From: an uncultured Planctomycetaceae bacterium
Lineage (GTDB): Bacteria > Planctomycetota > Planctomycetia > Pirellulales > PALSA-1355
Length of the DNA: 64,000 bases
NCBI GenBank assembly: GCA_964598535.1
Contig: CAZRCI010000005.1
Span: 66,287-130,286, forward strand
Direction: 5' to 3'
The notes beneath the pieces were generated by a model. It searched no databases and was not told the origin of the DNA. It saw nothing but the letters and a program-made list of their open reading frames with translations. Positions 1 to 8,443 of this stretch are shown here, one piece after another. Position numbers and translations under genes: made by a program. Every line of letters begins with the position of its first letter. Position 1 is the stretch's first letter.

Positions 1-119
1 AGTGTTTGTCAAAGAAACTTGCGACGGTAAACCTGGCCTTCCTGAAAACGGACATGCCTAACCCTGGGTTTTGCCACGACGCGACGCCGCCCGGCGTCTG
101 AAAGACTCGACGACGAATC

Positions 120-1472
120 ATGCCTTTTGAACCTGTACTGCTGGCGAATATCCACAAGCCTGACAGCCACACGCTGCGCGTGTACGAGGCGGGCGGCGGC
201 TACCAGGCTTTGCGCAAGGTGCTGGCCGAGAAGACGCCGGTCGAGTTCATCGAGATCGTCAAAAGCAGTAATCTTCGCGGGCGCGGCGGGGCGGGGTTTC
301 CGACGGGGCTCAAGTGGTCGTTCTTGCCCAAGGATCACCCCGGCCCGGTGTATATGTGCATCAACGCCGACGAGAGCGAGCCGGGCACGTTCAACAACCG
401 GATCCTGATGGAGCTCGATCCGCATCAGGTGATCGAAGGCGTCATTCTAAGCTGCTTTGCCACGCGGGCCGTGACGGCGTACATCTATCTGCGCGTGGAG
501 TATCCCACGTGCTACAAGCGATTGCAGCAGGCGATCGACGAATGCTATGCGGCGGGCCTGTTGGGCAAGAATATCGCCGGCAGCGACTTTTCACTCGATA
601 TTTACCTCCACCGCGGAGCGGCGGCTTACATCTGCGGCGAGGAAACCGGGCTGATCGAAAGCCTCGAAGGCAAACGGGCCTGGCCGCGGATTAAGCCGCC
701 CTTCCCGGCGGTGGAGGGTGTGTTTCGCAAGCCGACCGTGGTGAACAACATCGAAACGGCGTGCTGCGTTACGCAGATCGCCGCGCGCGGGGCCGATTGG
801 TTCAAAAGCATCGGCGTGCCGAGCGATCCGAACAACCCACGCGATCCGGGCAGCTACGGTCCGAAGCTGTATTGTCTGAGCGGACACGTGAACAAGCCGG
901 GCTGCTATGAAGCGCCGCTGGGCATTACCTGCCGGGAATTGATCGAAGCGTATGGCGGCGGAATTTGGAAGGGCCGCAAGGGCAAGGCCGCGATTCCCGG
1001 CGGCATCAGTATGGGCCTGTTGACGGAAGCCGAGTTCGACACGCCGCTCGATTTTTCCGGACCGGGCAAGGTGGGTTGCCTGGGCCTGGGCACGGCGGCC
1101 GTGGTGGTGCTGGACGAAACGGTTTCGATGGTCGACTTCCTGCACAATAGCTGCCGATTCTTCGCCCACGAAAGCTGCGGCCAATGCACGCCGTGCCGCG
1201 AGGGAACGGCCTGGAGCTTGTCGATGCTCGACCGCATCAAAGCCGGCAAGGGCCGGCTGAAGGATCTGGATCTGCTGCTGGAAATTGGCGATTCGATCGG
1301 AATCATCCCGGGCACCACGATTTGCGGTTTGTCGGATGGCGCGGCTTGGCCGATCAAGAACGCTATCCGTAAGTTTCGCGGCGAGTTCGAAGACTACATC
1401 AAGCGGACCAATCCCACCGGATACATGGTCACCGAAGCGGTTGAAGCGTTGCCCATCCTGGCCGCGCACTAA
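120..1472 (+). CDS. nuoF: NADH-quinone oxidoreductase subunit F (51-kDa, NADH/FMN-binding)
   Basis: 450-aa ORF with the GRGGAGFPTG nucleotide-binding motif and the ESCGQCTPCREG 4Fe-4S motif. First of a contiguous nuo gene series. Confidence 0.95.
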   Translation: MPFEPVLLANIHKPDSHTLRVYEAGGGYQALRKVLAEKTPVEFIEIVKSSNLRGRGGAGFPTGLKWSFLPKDHPGPVYMCINADESEPGTFNNRILMELDPHQVIEGVILSCFATRAVTAYIYLRVEYPTCYKRLQQAIDECYAAGLLGKNIAGSDFSLDIYLHRGAAAYICGEETGLIESLEGKRAWPRIKPPFPAVEGVFRKPTVVNNIETACCVTQIAARGADWFKSIGVPSDPNNPRDPGSYGPKLYCLSGHVNKPGCYEAPLGITCRELIEAYGGGIWKGRKGKAAIPGGISMGLLTEAEFDTPLDFSGPGKVGCLGLGTAAVVVLDETVSMVDFLHNSCRFFAHESCGQCTPCREGTAWSLSMLDRIKAGKGRLKDLDLLLEIGDSIGIIPGTTICGLSDGAAWPIKNAIRKFRGEFEDYIKRTNPTGYMVTEAVEALPILAAH

Positions 1473-1490
1473 GCGAAAGCAAGCGTCTCC

Positions 1491-3113
1491 ATGCCGAAAG
1501 TCATCGTCGACGGAATCGAAGTAGAGCTGGCCGAGGGCGAGCGGATCAACGGGATTCAGGCTGCGCAGCGCGCCGGCGTCGAGATTCCGCATTACTGCTG
1601 GCACGCCGGCTTGTCCGTGGTGGCCAGTTGCCGCATGTGCCTGGTCGAAACCGGCACGCGCAATCCGGAGACGGGCGACGTGACGATGGTGCCCAAGCTG
1701 GTGCCGGCCTGCCAGACGCCGGCCACGCCGAATACCGTGATCATCACGAACAGCGAGAAGGTGGCCAAGAGCCGGGCGATGGTCGAAGAAGATCTGCTCA
1801 TCGATCATCCGATCGACTGTCCGATCTGCGACAAGGCCGGCGAATGCTATTTGCAGGACTACCACTTCAAGTATGGGCAGGATCAGCGGCGCGCGGACAT
1901 TCGCCCGTTCACCAGCCGCCGCCGCGAAATGGGGGATACCGTCACGCTGTTTGTCGACCGCTGCGTGATGTGTACGCGTTGCGTGCGCTTCACACGCGAG
2001 ATCAGCGGTACCAGCGAGTTGATGGTGATCAACCGCGGCAGTCACGAAGAGATCGACGTCTTTCCGGGCTTTCCGCTCGACAACAAAATGTCGGGCAACG
2101 TGGTCGATCTTTGCCCCGTGGGAGCGCTGGGCGACAAGGACTTTCTCTATAAGCAGCGGGTGTGGTTCATGCGGAAGCATGACGGCGTATGCACCGGCTG
2201 CTCGACGGGCTGCTCGATCAGCGTCGAAGAAAACCAGGATACGGTGTATCGCCTCAAGCCGCGCGAGAATCCGCACATCAACCAGTGGTGGATGTGCGAC
2301 GAGGGGCGATACGGCTATCACTATATCCACAGCGATCGCCGGCTGACGAACGTCGAACGGCGCGACGGCGCCAACTGGACGTTGCTTGAATGGTCGCAGG
2401 TCGTACGCGAGATCGACGAACGATTTCGGGCGATTGGCCGCGTGGCGGTCGTGCTGTCGCCGCATCTGACGGTCGAAGAGGCCTACCTGCTGGCGAAGTA
2501 TGCCCGCGAGGTGGATCCGCAAGCGCAGGTGGTGCTCGGTCCGGTGCCGGTCGAAGGTCAGGACCAGACGTTCAAGAACGGCTTTTCGATCCGGGCCGAG
2601 AAATGTCCGAATCGGCGCGGCGTGGAAGAAGTTGTCACGCACTTTATGGGGCAGGTGGCGACGCTCGACAATTTGTTGATCGCGCTCCAGGGTGGCGAGC
2701 CGACGGCCGTGTGGGTGAGCGGCGGCTATAAGAGTGACTGGATCGACGCGGCTGCCGCCGATTCGCTGGCCGCGGCGGCGTGTCTCGTGGTGCAGGATTT
2801 GTTCGACTCGCCGCTCGCGGAGCGAGCCGCCTATCGATTGCCGGAAGGGGCGTTTGCCGAACGTGAAGGTTCTTACGTCAACGCCAACGATCGGTTGCAG
2901 AGTGTCGCCTGGGCGATTCGTCCGCCGGCCGGAGTGCGCGTGGCCGGCAGCGTGTATTGGGAGTTATCTGGCGAAATCGGCTTGTACAAGTCGCGCCGGG
3001 TGCTCGATGAAGTCGCCGAGCGAATCGCGTTTTTCGCGCCCGCGGCCGAGCCGGTCGGGCCGCTGGGCGTGGACTTGAAGACGCCGGTGCTCGAAGTGAC
3101 GACAACAGGCTAG
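1491..3113 (+). CDS. nuoG: NADH-quinone oxidoreductase subunit G (short form)
   Basis: 540-aa ORF. It has an N-terminal 2Fe-2S Cys pattern (CWH...SCRMCLVE) and Fe-S motifs HPIDCPICDKAGEC and CVMCTRCVRF...CPVGAL. A molybdopterin-oxidoreductase-like region follows (CTGCSTGCS). Shorter than typical 75-kDa subunits. Confidence 0.9.
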   Translation: MPKVIVDGIEVELAEGERINGIQAAQRAGVEIPHYCWHAGLSVVASCRMCLVETGTRNPETGDVTMVPKLVPACQTPATPNTVIITNSEKVAKSRAMVEEDLLIDHPIDCPICDKAGECYLQDYHFKYGQDQRRADIRPFTSRRREMGDTVTLFVDRCVMCTRCVRFTREISGTSELMVINRGSHEEIDVFPGFPLDNKMSGNVVDLCPVGALGDKDFLYKQRVWFMRKHDGVCTGCSTGCSISVEENQDTVYRLKPRENPHINQWWMCDEGRYGYHYIHSDRRLTNVERRDGANWTLLEWSQVVREIDERFRAIGRVAVVLSPHLTVEEAYLLAKYAREVDPQAQVVLGPVPVEGQDQTFKNGFSIRAEKCPNRRGVEEVVTHFMGQVATLDNLLIALQGGEPTAVWVSGGYKSDWIDAAAADSLAAAACLVVQDLFDSPLAERAAYRLPEGAFAEREGSYVNANDRLQSVAWAIRPPAGVRVAGSVYWELSGEIGLYKSRRVLDEVAERIAFFAPAAEPVGPLGVDLKTPVLEVTTTG

Positions 3114-3165
3114 AGATGACAACAGGCTAGAGATGACAACGGGTTAATGGGTGACGGGTTAAGGG
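3101..3165. repeat. Degenerate tandem repeat (17-bp unit) spanning the nuoG stop codon and the nuoG-nuoH spacer
   Basis: GACAACAGGCTAGAGAT occurs twice perfectly (3101-3117, 3118-3134). Diverged copies follow: GACAACGGGTTAATGGG (3135-3151) and TGACGGGTTAAGGG. Confidence 0.7.
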
Positions 3166-3172
3166 ACGCGCA

Positions 3173-4501
3173 ATGGACTGGCAATCGTTAATGCAGCCGC
3201 TGATCTTGCCGGTGGTGAAGATTGCGCTGTTGATCTTCATCATGATGACGGCGGCCGCCTATCTGGTGCTGCTCGAACGGTGGATCGCCGCCTGGGTGCA
3301 GGACCGCAAAGGCCCCAACCGCGTGGGCATCCCGCTGACCAAGATCAGAATGTTCGGGTTGGGGCAGCCGCTGGCCGACGGCTTGAAATTCATCTTCAAG
3401 GAAGAGTACACGCCGGCCCACGTGGAGAAAGTCCTGTATACGCTGGCGCCGATCGCGATCATGGCGTCGGCGCTGGCCGTGTTCGCCGTGGTACCGATTG
3501 GCGACGTGCTGCCGATCGAAGTGCCCGGCGTCGAGGGGCCGATCGAGCTGGTCGTCGCGCCGGGGCTCGACGTAGGCATGATTTATATTTTTGCCTTGAG
3601 CAGCATCGCCGTGTATGGCGTGATTCTGGGCGGTTGGAGCAGCAACAACAAGTATGGCTTTTTGGGCGCGCTGCGTTCGAGCGCGCAGCTCATCGCTTAT
3701 GAAATTCCGCTGGGGCTGGGAATTCTCGGCGTGGTGCTGGCCGCGGGTTCGTTACGGCTGGACACGATCATGGCCTCCCAGGCCGAGACGGGCTTGTGGA
3801 ACGTGTTTGCCCAGCCGCTAGGGTTCTCGGTGTTCGTGGTTGCCGCGTTTGCCGAGGCCGCGCGTCTACCGTTCGACCTGCCGGAAGCCGAGCAAGAACT
3901 GATTGGCGGTTATCACACCGAATACGCCGGCATGAAGCTGCTGTTGTTCTTGATCGCCGAGTTTCTGCACATGGTGGTGGCGGCGTTCCTGATTGTGATC
4001 CTGTTCCTGGGCGGGTGGCATTTTTGGGGAATGCCGGTCGCGGCCGATGAGCCGATCGGCTGGCCGCTGGCGATCGCCCGAATCGCAATCCTGGCGATCA
4101 AGGTGCTTTTGGTCATTGTGTTCTTCATGATGGTCCGCTGGAGCTGGCCTCGGTTCCGCTTCGATCAGCTCATGAACCTGGCCTGGAAAGTGATGTTGCC
4201 CTTGGGGCTGATTAATCTAGTGGCGCTGGCGATCGCTTATGAGTTCGAATATATGAACAATCTGACCGGCACGACCCGCGGACTGTGGATCATGGTGGCG
4301 GTGGGCTGGTCGGTGGCGATCGTGTCCTGGGTGCTGGCGGCCGTATTCTCACCCCTGCATACGGACAATCGCCCGCGGCTCGACGATTTGGAGGCTCCGG
4401 AGTATGAACCCGACGCGGTGCGGCAGATTCTGGCGGCGGGAAGCCACAGCGCTAGCTTAAAGAACGCTAGCCTGAAGGGCAGCGGCGTGAGTGGCCTGTA
4501 G
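3173..4501 (+). CDS. nuoH: NADH-quinone oxidoreductase subunit H with C-terminal extension
   Basis: 442-aa polytopic membrane protein with ND1/NuoH motifs (DRKGPNRVG, AEAARLPFDLPEAEQELIGGYHTEYAG). An extra hydrophobic helix plus a hydrophilic tail follow the usual end. Confidence 0.93.
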   Translation: MDWQSLMQPLILPVVKIALLIFIMMTAAAYLVLLERWIAAWVQDRKGPNRVGIPLTKIRMFGLGQPLADGLKFIFKEEYTPAHVEKVLYTLAPIAIMASALAVFAVVPIGDVLPIEVPGVEGPIELVVAPGLDVGMIYIFALSSIAVYGVILGGWSSNNKYGFLGALRSSAQLIAYEIPLGLGILGVVLAAGSLRLDTIMASQAETGLWNVFAQPLGFSVFVVAAFAEAARLPFDLPEAEQELIGGYHTEYAGMKLLLFLIAEFLHMVVAAFLIVILFLGGWHFWGMPVAADEPIGWPLAIARIAILAIKVLLVIVFFMMVRWSWPRFRFDQLMNLAWKVMLPLGLINLVALAIAYEFEYMNNLTGTTRGLWIMVAVGWSVAIVSWVLAAVFSPLHTDNRPRLDDLEAPEYEPDAVRQILAAGSHSASLKNASLKGSGVSGL

Positions 4502-4536
4502 TGCCTCGCGGAACCATTTTTTGAAACGAAGCGTTC

Positions 4537-5070
4537 ATGCAAGCCAACGACCCCAATATCAAGTGGATCGAAGAACCCAAGCTCGGGCTCGTGGGGAGGA
4601 TGTACCTGCCGCTGTTCGTGCAGGGGTTGACGACCACGACCAAGCACTTGCTGGGCCCGAAGGTCACGGTCAGCTATCCGGACGTGCGTCCGACGATCGG
4701 CAATCCGTTGATCTATCGTGGCGTGCACCGGCTGAACAAGGACGAGCAAGGCCGTGTGAAGTGCGTGGCCTGCTTTTTGTGCGCGACCGCGTGTCCAGCG
4801 CACTGCATCGACATCGTGGGGGTGGAAAGCCCCTGGCCGGATCGGGAAAAGTATCCCCAGAGCTTTACGATCGACGAACTGCGGTGCATTTTCTGCGGCA
4901 TGTGCGAAGAAGCCTGCCCGGTGGATGCGATCGAGCTTACGAGCTTGTTTGACCTGACGGGCCGCAGCCGCGAAGAGATGATCTTCGACAAAGAGAAGCT
5001 GCTGAGCGTGTACGACCAGACAAAGGATGCCGAGCCGATGAAGTCGAAGGCCCTGGGAGGCACTCTGTGA
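4537..5070 (+). CDS. nuoI: NADH-quinone oxidoreductase subunit I (2x 4Fe-4S ferredoxin)
   Basis: 177 aa with two CxxCxxCxxxCP motifs (CVACFLCATACP, CIFCGMCEEACP). Confidence 0.95.
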   Translation: MQANDPNIKWIEEPKLGLVGRMYLPLFVQGLTTTTKHLLGPKVTVSYPDVRPTIGNPLIYRGVHRLNKDEQGRVKCVACFLCATACPAHCIDIVGVESPWPDREKYPQSFTIDELRCIFCGMCEEACPVDAIELTSLFDLTGRSREEMIFDKEKLLSVYDQTKDAEPMKSKALGGTL

Positions 5071-5795
5071 ACACGCCGTTGGCAATGATTGGCGGCGCGA
5101 CGTTGCTGCTGGCGGCGGGCCTATGGCTGTCACTGCCGCGTGGCCGCGCTCCGGGCAGGGCGCTTGGCGCCGTGCTTGTAGCCGTCGGGCTGGGGCTGTT
5201 CGCCTCGCTGACGGTGCCGCTGGGAAATAACGTGGCGGAGGTGGTGTTCTACCTGCTTGCGGCGCTGACGGTGATCAGTGCCGTGGCGACGATTTCGTTT
5301 CGGAATCCGGTGTATTCGGCCATCTGGTTCGCGTTGTCGCTATTGGGCACCGCGGCGCTGTTTTTGTTCAATGGGGCCCAGTTTCTCGGTGTCGCCACGA
5401 TCGTGGTCTATGCAGGGGCGATTCTGGTGACGTTTTTGTTCGTGCTCATGCTGGCCCAGCCCGAGGGACAGGCGCCGTATGATCGCGTGAGCTGGGCGGC
5501 GCCCTTGTCGGCGATTAGCGGAACGCTGTTGGTGGGGCTGTTGACGTTCGTGCTGGTGGGCGTGTTTCAGAATCCCACGGTCGAGGAACGGCCCGCCGTG
5601 CGGGTTGATCAAGCACAATTGGCCGACGGCGTGCTGGCCGACCAGCATATGGCGACGCTGGGCCGCTGGCTGTTCGGCCGGCAATTGGTGTCGATCGAAG
5701 TGGTGGGTACGCTGCTGCTGGTGGCACTCGTGGGAGCGGTAGCGATCGTGGGACAAATTCATCGCCGCGAACGGGGAGGGCCGATGCATGGATGA
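5067..5795 (+). CDS. nuoJ: NADH-quinone oxidoreductase subunit J
   Basis: 242-aa membrane protein at the expected operon position. GTG start overlaps the nuoI stop (GTGA). ND6-like hydrophobic profile. Confidence 0.88.
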   Translation: MNTPLAMIGGATLLLAAGLWLSLPRGRAPGRALGAVLVAVGLGLFASLTVPLGNNVAEVVFYLLAALTVISAVATISFRNPVYSAIWFALSLLGTAALFLFNGAQFLGVATIVVYAGAILVTFLFVLMLAQPEGQAPYDRVSWAAPLSAISGTLLVGLLTFVLVGVFQNPTVEERPAVRVDQAQLADGVLADQHMATLGRWLFGRQLVSIEVVGTLLLVALVGAVAIVGQIHRRERGGPMHG

Positions 5796-6231
5796 GCTCG
5801 CCCTGCTGGAAAAATATCTCATGGTCGGCGCGTTGCTCTTCGGCATCGGGCTGGCGGGCTTCTTCAGCCGGCGGAACATGATCGTGATGTTCCTTTCGGT
5901 GGAGATGATGCTGCAAGGCGTGTCGGTGAGCCTGGTCGCCTGGGGGCGGTATCACAACGATTGGGGCGGGCAACTGCTGGTAATTTTCATTTTGACGATC
6001 GCAGCTTGTGAAGCCGCGATTGCCCTGGCCGTGGTGCTCTCGCTATTCCATAAGGGCGGATCGCTCGACATCGCACTCTGGCAACAACTGCGCGAGGACA
6101 ACCAGCCCGCGTTCACCGATCCGAAGTTTCCGGAACCGAAAAAGGACGAGCCTCGGTGGCCGAAGCTCACGCCGGCGGGTATCGAGCCATCGGTCGATCC
6201 GGACGAGATCATGCAGCGCATGCACGTGTAA
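5788..6231 (+). CDS. nuoK: NADH-quinone oxidoreductase subunit K with hydrophilic C-terminal tail
   Basis: 147 aa. The first ~100 aa match the ND4L/NuoK pattern (three TM helices, conserved Glu in SVEMML and CEAAIALA). A ~45-aa charged tail follows. Start overlaps nuoJ by 8 nt. Confidence 0.9.
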   Translation: MDELALLEKYLMVGALLFGIGLAGFFSRRNMIVMFLSVEMMLQGVSVSLVAWGRYHNDWGGQLLVIFILTIAACEAAIALAVVLSLFHKGGSLDIALWQQLREDNQPAFTDPKFPEPKKDEPRWPKLTPAGIEPSVDPDEIMQRMHV

Positions 6232-6282
6232 CGCCGGCCGACCACCGTTTAGCAACGAACCCAGCGAACCGATTCCTTAACG

Positions 6283-8409
6283 ATGAACGATACGATCCCA
6301 TTTTTGTTGGCCCTGATTCCGGCGTTGCCGCTGCTGGCGGCGATCGTCACGGCGGTCTTTGGCCGTTGCGTGCTGAAGGAGAAGAGCCATCTGCCGGTCG
6401 TGTTCGCCCTGATCGGGTCGTTCGCGTGCAGTGCCCTGCTGCTGGCGGAAGTCAAGATGGGGATCGCCGAGGCTTCGTCCAACGAGGCCACGGCTTCGAG
6501 CACCGTTGGTTGGGAGACCACTTCCACGCTCTGGACCTGGGCTCAGGTCGAGGATGCGATCGCGACCAGCGGCGTCTCGCACGCCGCGCCGGTCGCCGGT
6601 GAAAAGCTGCCGGAGTCGCTGCCCTTTACCATCGAGATTACCCAACGCGCGGACACCCTGACCGCGATCATGCTCGCGATGGTGACGTTTGTCGCGTCGC
6701 TCGTGGCGATCTATGCCAGCGGCTACATGCACGGTGACCGCGGCTATTGGCGGTTCTTCTCGTATGTCGGATTGTTTGTGTTCTCGATGACGATGCTGGT
6801 TTCAGTCAGCAATTTCGTCCTGCTGTTCGTGTTTTGGGAAGCGGTCGGCCTGTGCAGTTATCTGCTGATCGGTTTCTGGTATGAGAAGCCCGAGGCCGCC
6901 GCGGCCGGCAAAAAGGCGTTCTTGGTGAACCGGATTGGCGATTTCGGCTTCGCGTTGGGACTGTTTTTGATCTGGACGACCTACGGCACGCTGAACTTCC
7001 ACGACGCAGGCGGAGTTGCCGGCGTGTTGGGGCAAACCCGACTCGCGCAGCCCTCGCTGATCGCGGGCTTTAGCGACAGTTACGGCACGGTGGCCACGGC
7101 GATCTGCCTGCTGTTGATGCTGGGCGCCTGCGGCAAGAGCGCCCAATTTCCGCTGCATGTCTGGCTGCCGGACGCGATGGAAGGTCCCACGCCCGTGAGC
7201 GCCCTGATTCACGCGGCGACGATGGTCACGGCCGGAGCCTACATGGTAACGCGCTGCTCGCCGCTATTCTTCGCGTCGCCGGATGCTCAACAGGTGGTGG
7301 CGATTCTCGGCGGCACGACGGCCGCGATCGGCGGCGTGATCGCGATTACGCAGACCGATCTGAAACGCGTGCTCGCCTATTCGACGATCAGCCAGCTTGG
7401 CTATATGTTCCTCGGCCTGGGGCTGGGAACCATCGCCGGTATTACGTCGGGCATGTTCCACCTGTTCACGCATGCGTTCTTCAAGGCGCTGCTGTTTCTG
7501 GGCGCGGGCAGCGTCATGCATGCGATGGGCGGCGTCATCGACATGCGCCGCTTCAGCGGTCTGCGGAAGCTGATGCCGGTCACCCACTGGACGTTTCTAT
7601 TCGGCTGCTTGGCGCTCGGCGGCGTGATTCCGTTTGCGGGCTTTTGGAGCAAAGACGCGATCATCGCCGCGACTTACGAACGCGGCATGCTCGAAGGCAT
7701 CGCCGTGTACAAAACCTTGTACTGGGTGGCGACGATCGTGGCGTTCCTCACGGCGTTCTATACGTTCCGGGCGTACTTCCTGACGTTCTTTGGCGAAGAG
7801 CGAATTCCGCACGAGGCTGGGCATCACGCGCACGAGTCGCCACCGTCGATGACGGTGCCCCTGCGGGTACTGGCGGTCTGCTCGTTGGTCGTGGGCGCGT
7901 ACTTCACCTACACCGGCGGATTCGTGGACTTTTTGAGTAAAACGCCCCAGTTGGAGTTCGCGCCGCTCGCGGCCACGGCTTCGCATGGGGAGCATGCGCA
8001 CGCGGCGCATCAGCTTGTGAGCGTGGTCGGCACGATCATCGCTCTGGTGGCAATCGGCCTGGCGGCGTTTTTGTATCTGGGCGATCACACATTGATCAGC
8101 AAGTTGCGGCAACTGGCCGGCCCGCTGTACTGGCTGTCGTACGGCAAGTTGTTTTTCGATCCGATTTATTACGCCGTGGCGGTGTGGCCGTCGCTGCAAC
8201 TGGCAAAGCTAAGCTACTGGTTCGATCGCAAAGTGATCGACGGTTTGGTGAACTTCGTGGGGCGCGTGCCGCCGTGGCTGGGGGCGCTCTTGCGGCCGCT
8301 GCAGAGCGGATTGGTACAGTTTTACGGCGTGGCGATGGTGTGGGGCGTGCTCGTGCTGTTGATCACGCTGCTGGTATGGCCGACCCTCGCGGCGACATTT
8401 ACAAAATAA
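6283..8409 (+). CDS. nuoL: NADH-quinone oxidoreductase subunit L
   Basis: 708-aa antiporter-like subunit (WEAVGLCSYLLIGFW, SAQFPLHVWLPDAMEGPTPVSALIHAATMV) with a long C-terminal region. Confidence 0.93.
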   Translation: MNDTIPFLLALIPALPLLAAIVTAVFGRCVLKEKSHLPVVFALIGSFACSALLLAEVKMGIAEASSNEATASSTVGWETTSTLWTWAQVEDAIATSGVSHAAPVAGEKLPESLPFTIEITQRADTLTAIMLAMVTFVASLVAIYASGYMHGDRGYWRFFSYVGLFVFSMTMLVSVSNFVLLFVFWEAVGLCSYLLIGFWYEKPEAAAAGKKAFLVNRIGDFGFALGLFLIWTTYGTLNFHDAGGVAGVLGQTRLAQPSLIAGFSDSYGTVATAICLLLMLGACGKSAQFPLHVWLPDAMEGPTPVSALIHAATMVTAGAYMVTRCSPLFFASPDAQQVVAILGGTTAAIGGVIAITQTDLKRVLAYSTISQLGYMFLGLGLGTIAGITSGMFHLFTHAFFKALLFLGAGSVMHAMGGVIDMRRFSGLRKLMPVTHWTFLFGCLALGGVIPFAGFWSKDAIIAATYERGMLEGIAVYKTLYWVATIVAFLTAFYTFRAYFLTFFGEERIPHEAGHHAHESPPSMTVPLRVLAVCSLVVGAYFTYTGGFVDFLSKTPQLEFAPLAATASHGEHAHAAHQLVSVVGTIIALVAIGLAAFLYLGDHTLISKLRQLAGPLYWLSYGKLFFDPIYYAVAVWPSLQLAKLSYWFDRKVIDGLVNFVGRVPPWLGALLRPLQSGLVQFYGVAMVWGVLVLLITLLVWPTLAATFTK

Positions 8410-8443
8410 CGCGGCGAAACGAACTTAGCGGAGAATTGGTTCT

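Noticed and set aside
1-101. 3' end of an upstream gene (expected nuoE)
   Set aside because: Three frames end at 28-30, 59-61 and 99-101. Third-position GC favours the frame ending at 101 (…NLAFLKTDMPNPGFCHDATPPGV). I cannot recognise NuoE in about 30 residues, so no feature is called.
591-2642. 683-aa ORF antisense to nuoF/nuoG
   Set aside because: It lies entirely opposite two genes with unmistakable motifs. Its translation is Arg/Ala/His/Gly-rich with no motifs. This is a typical shadow ORF of GC-rich DNA.
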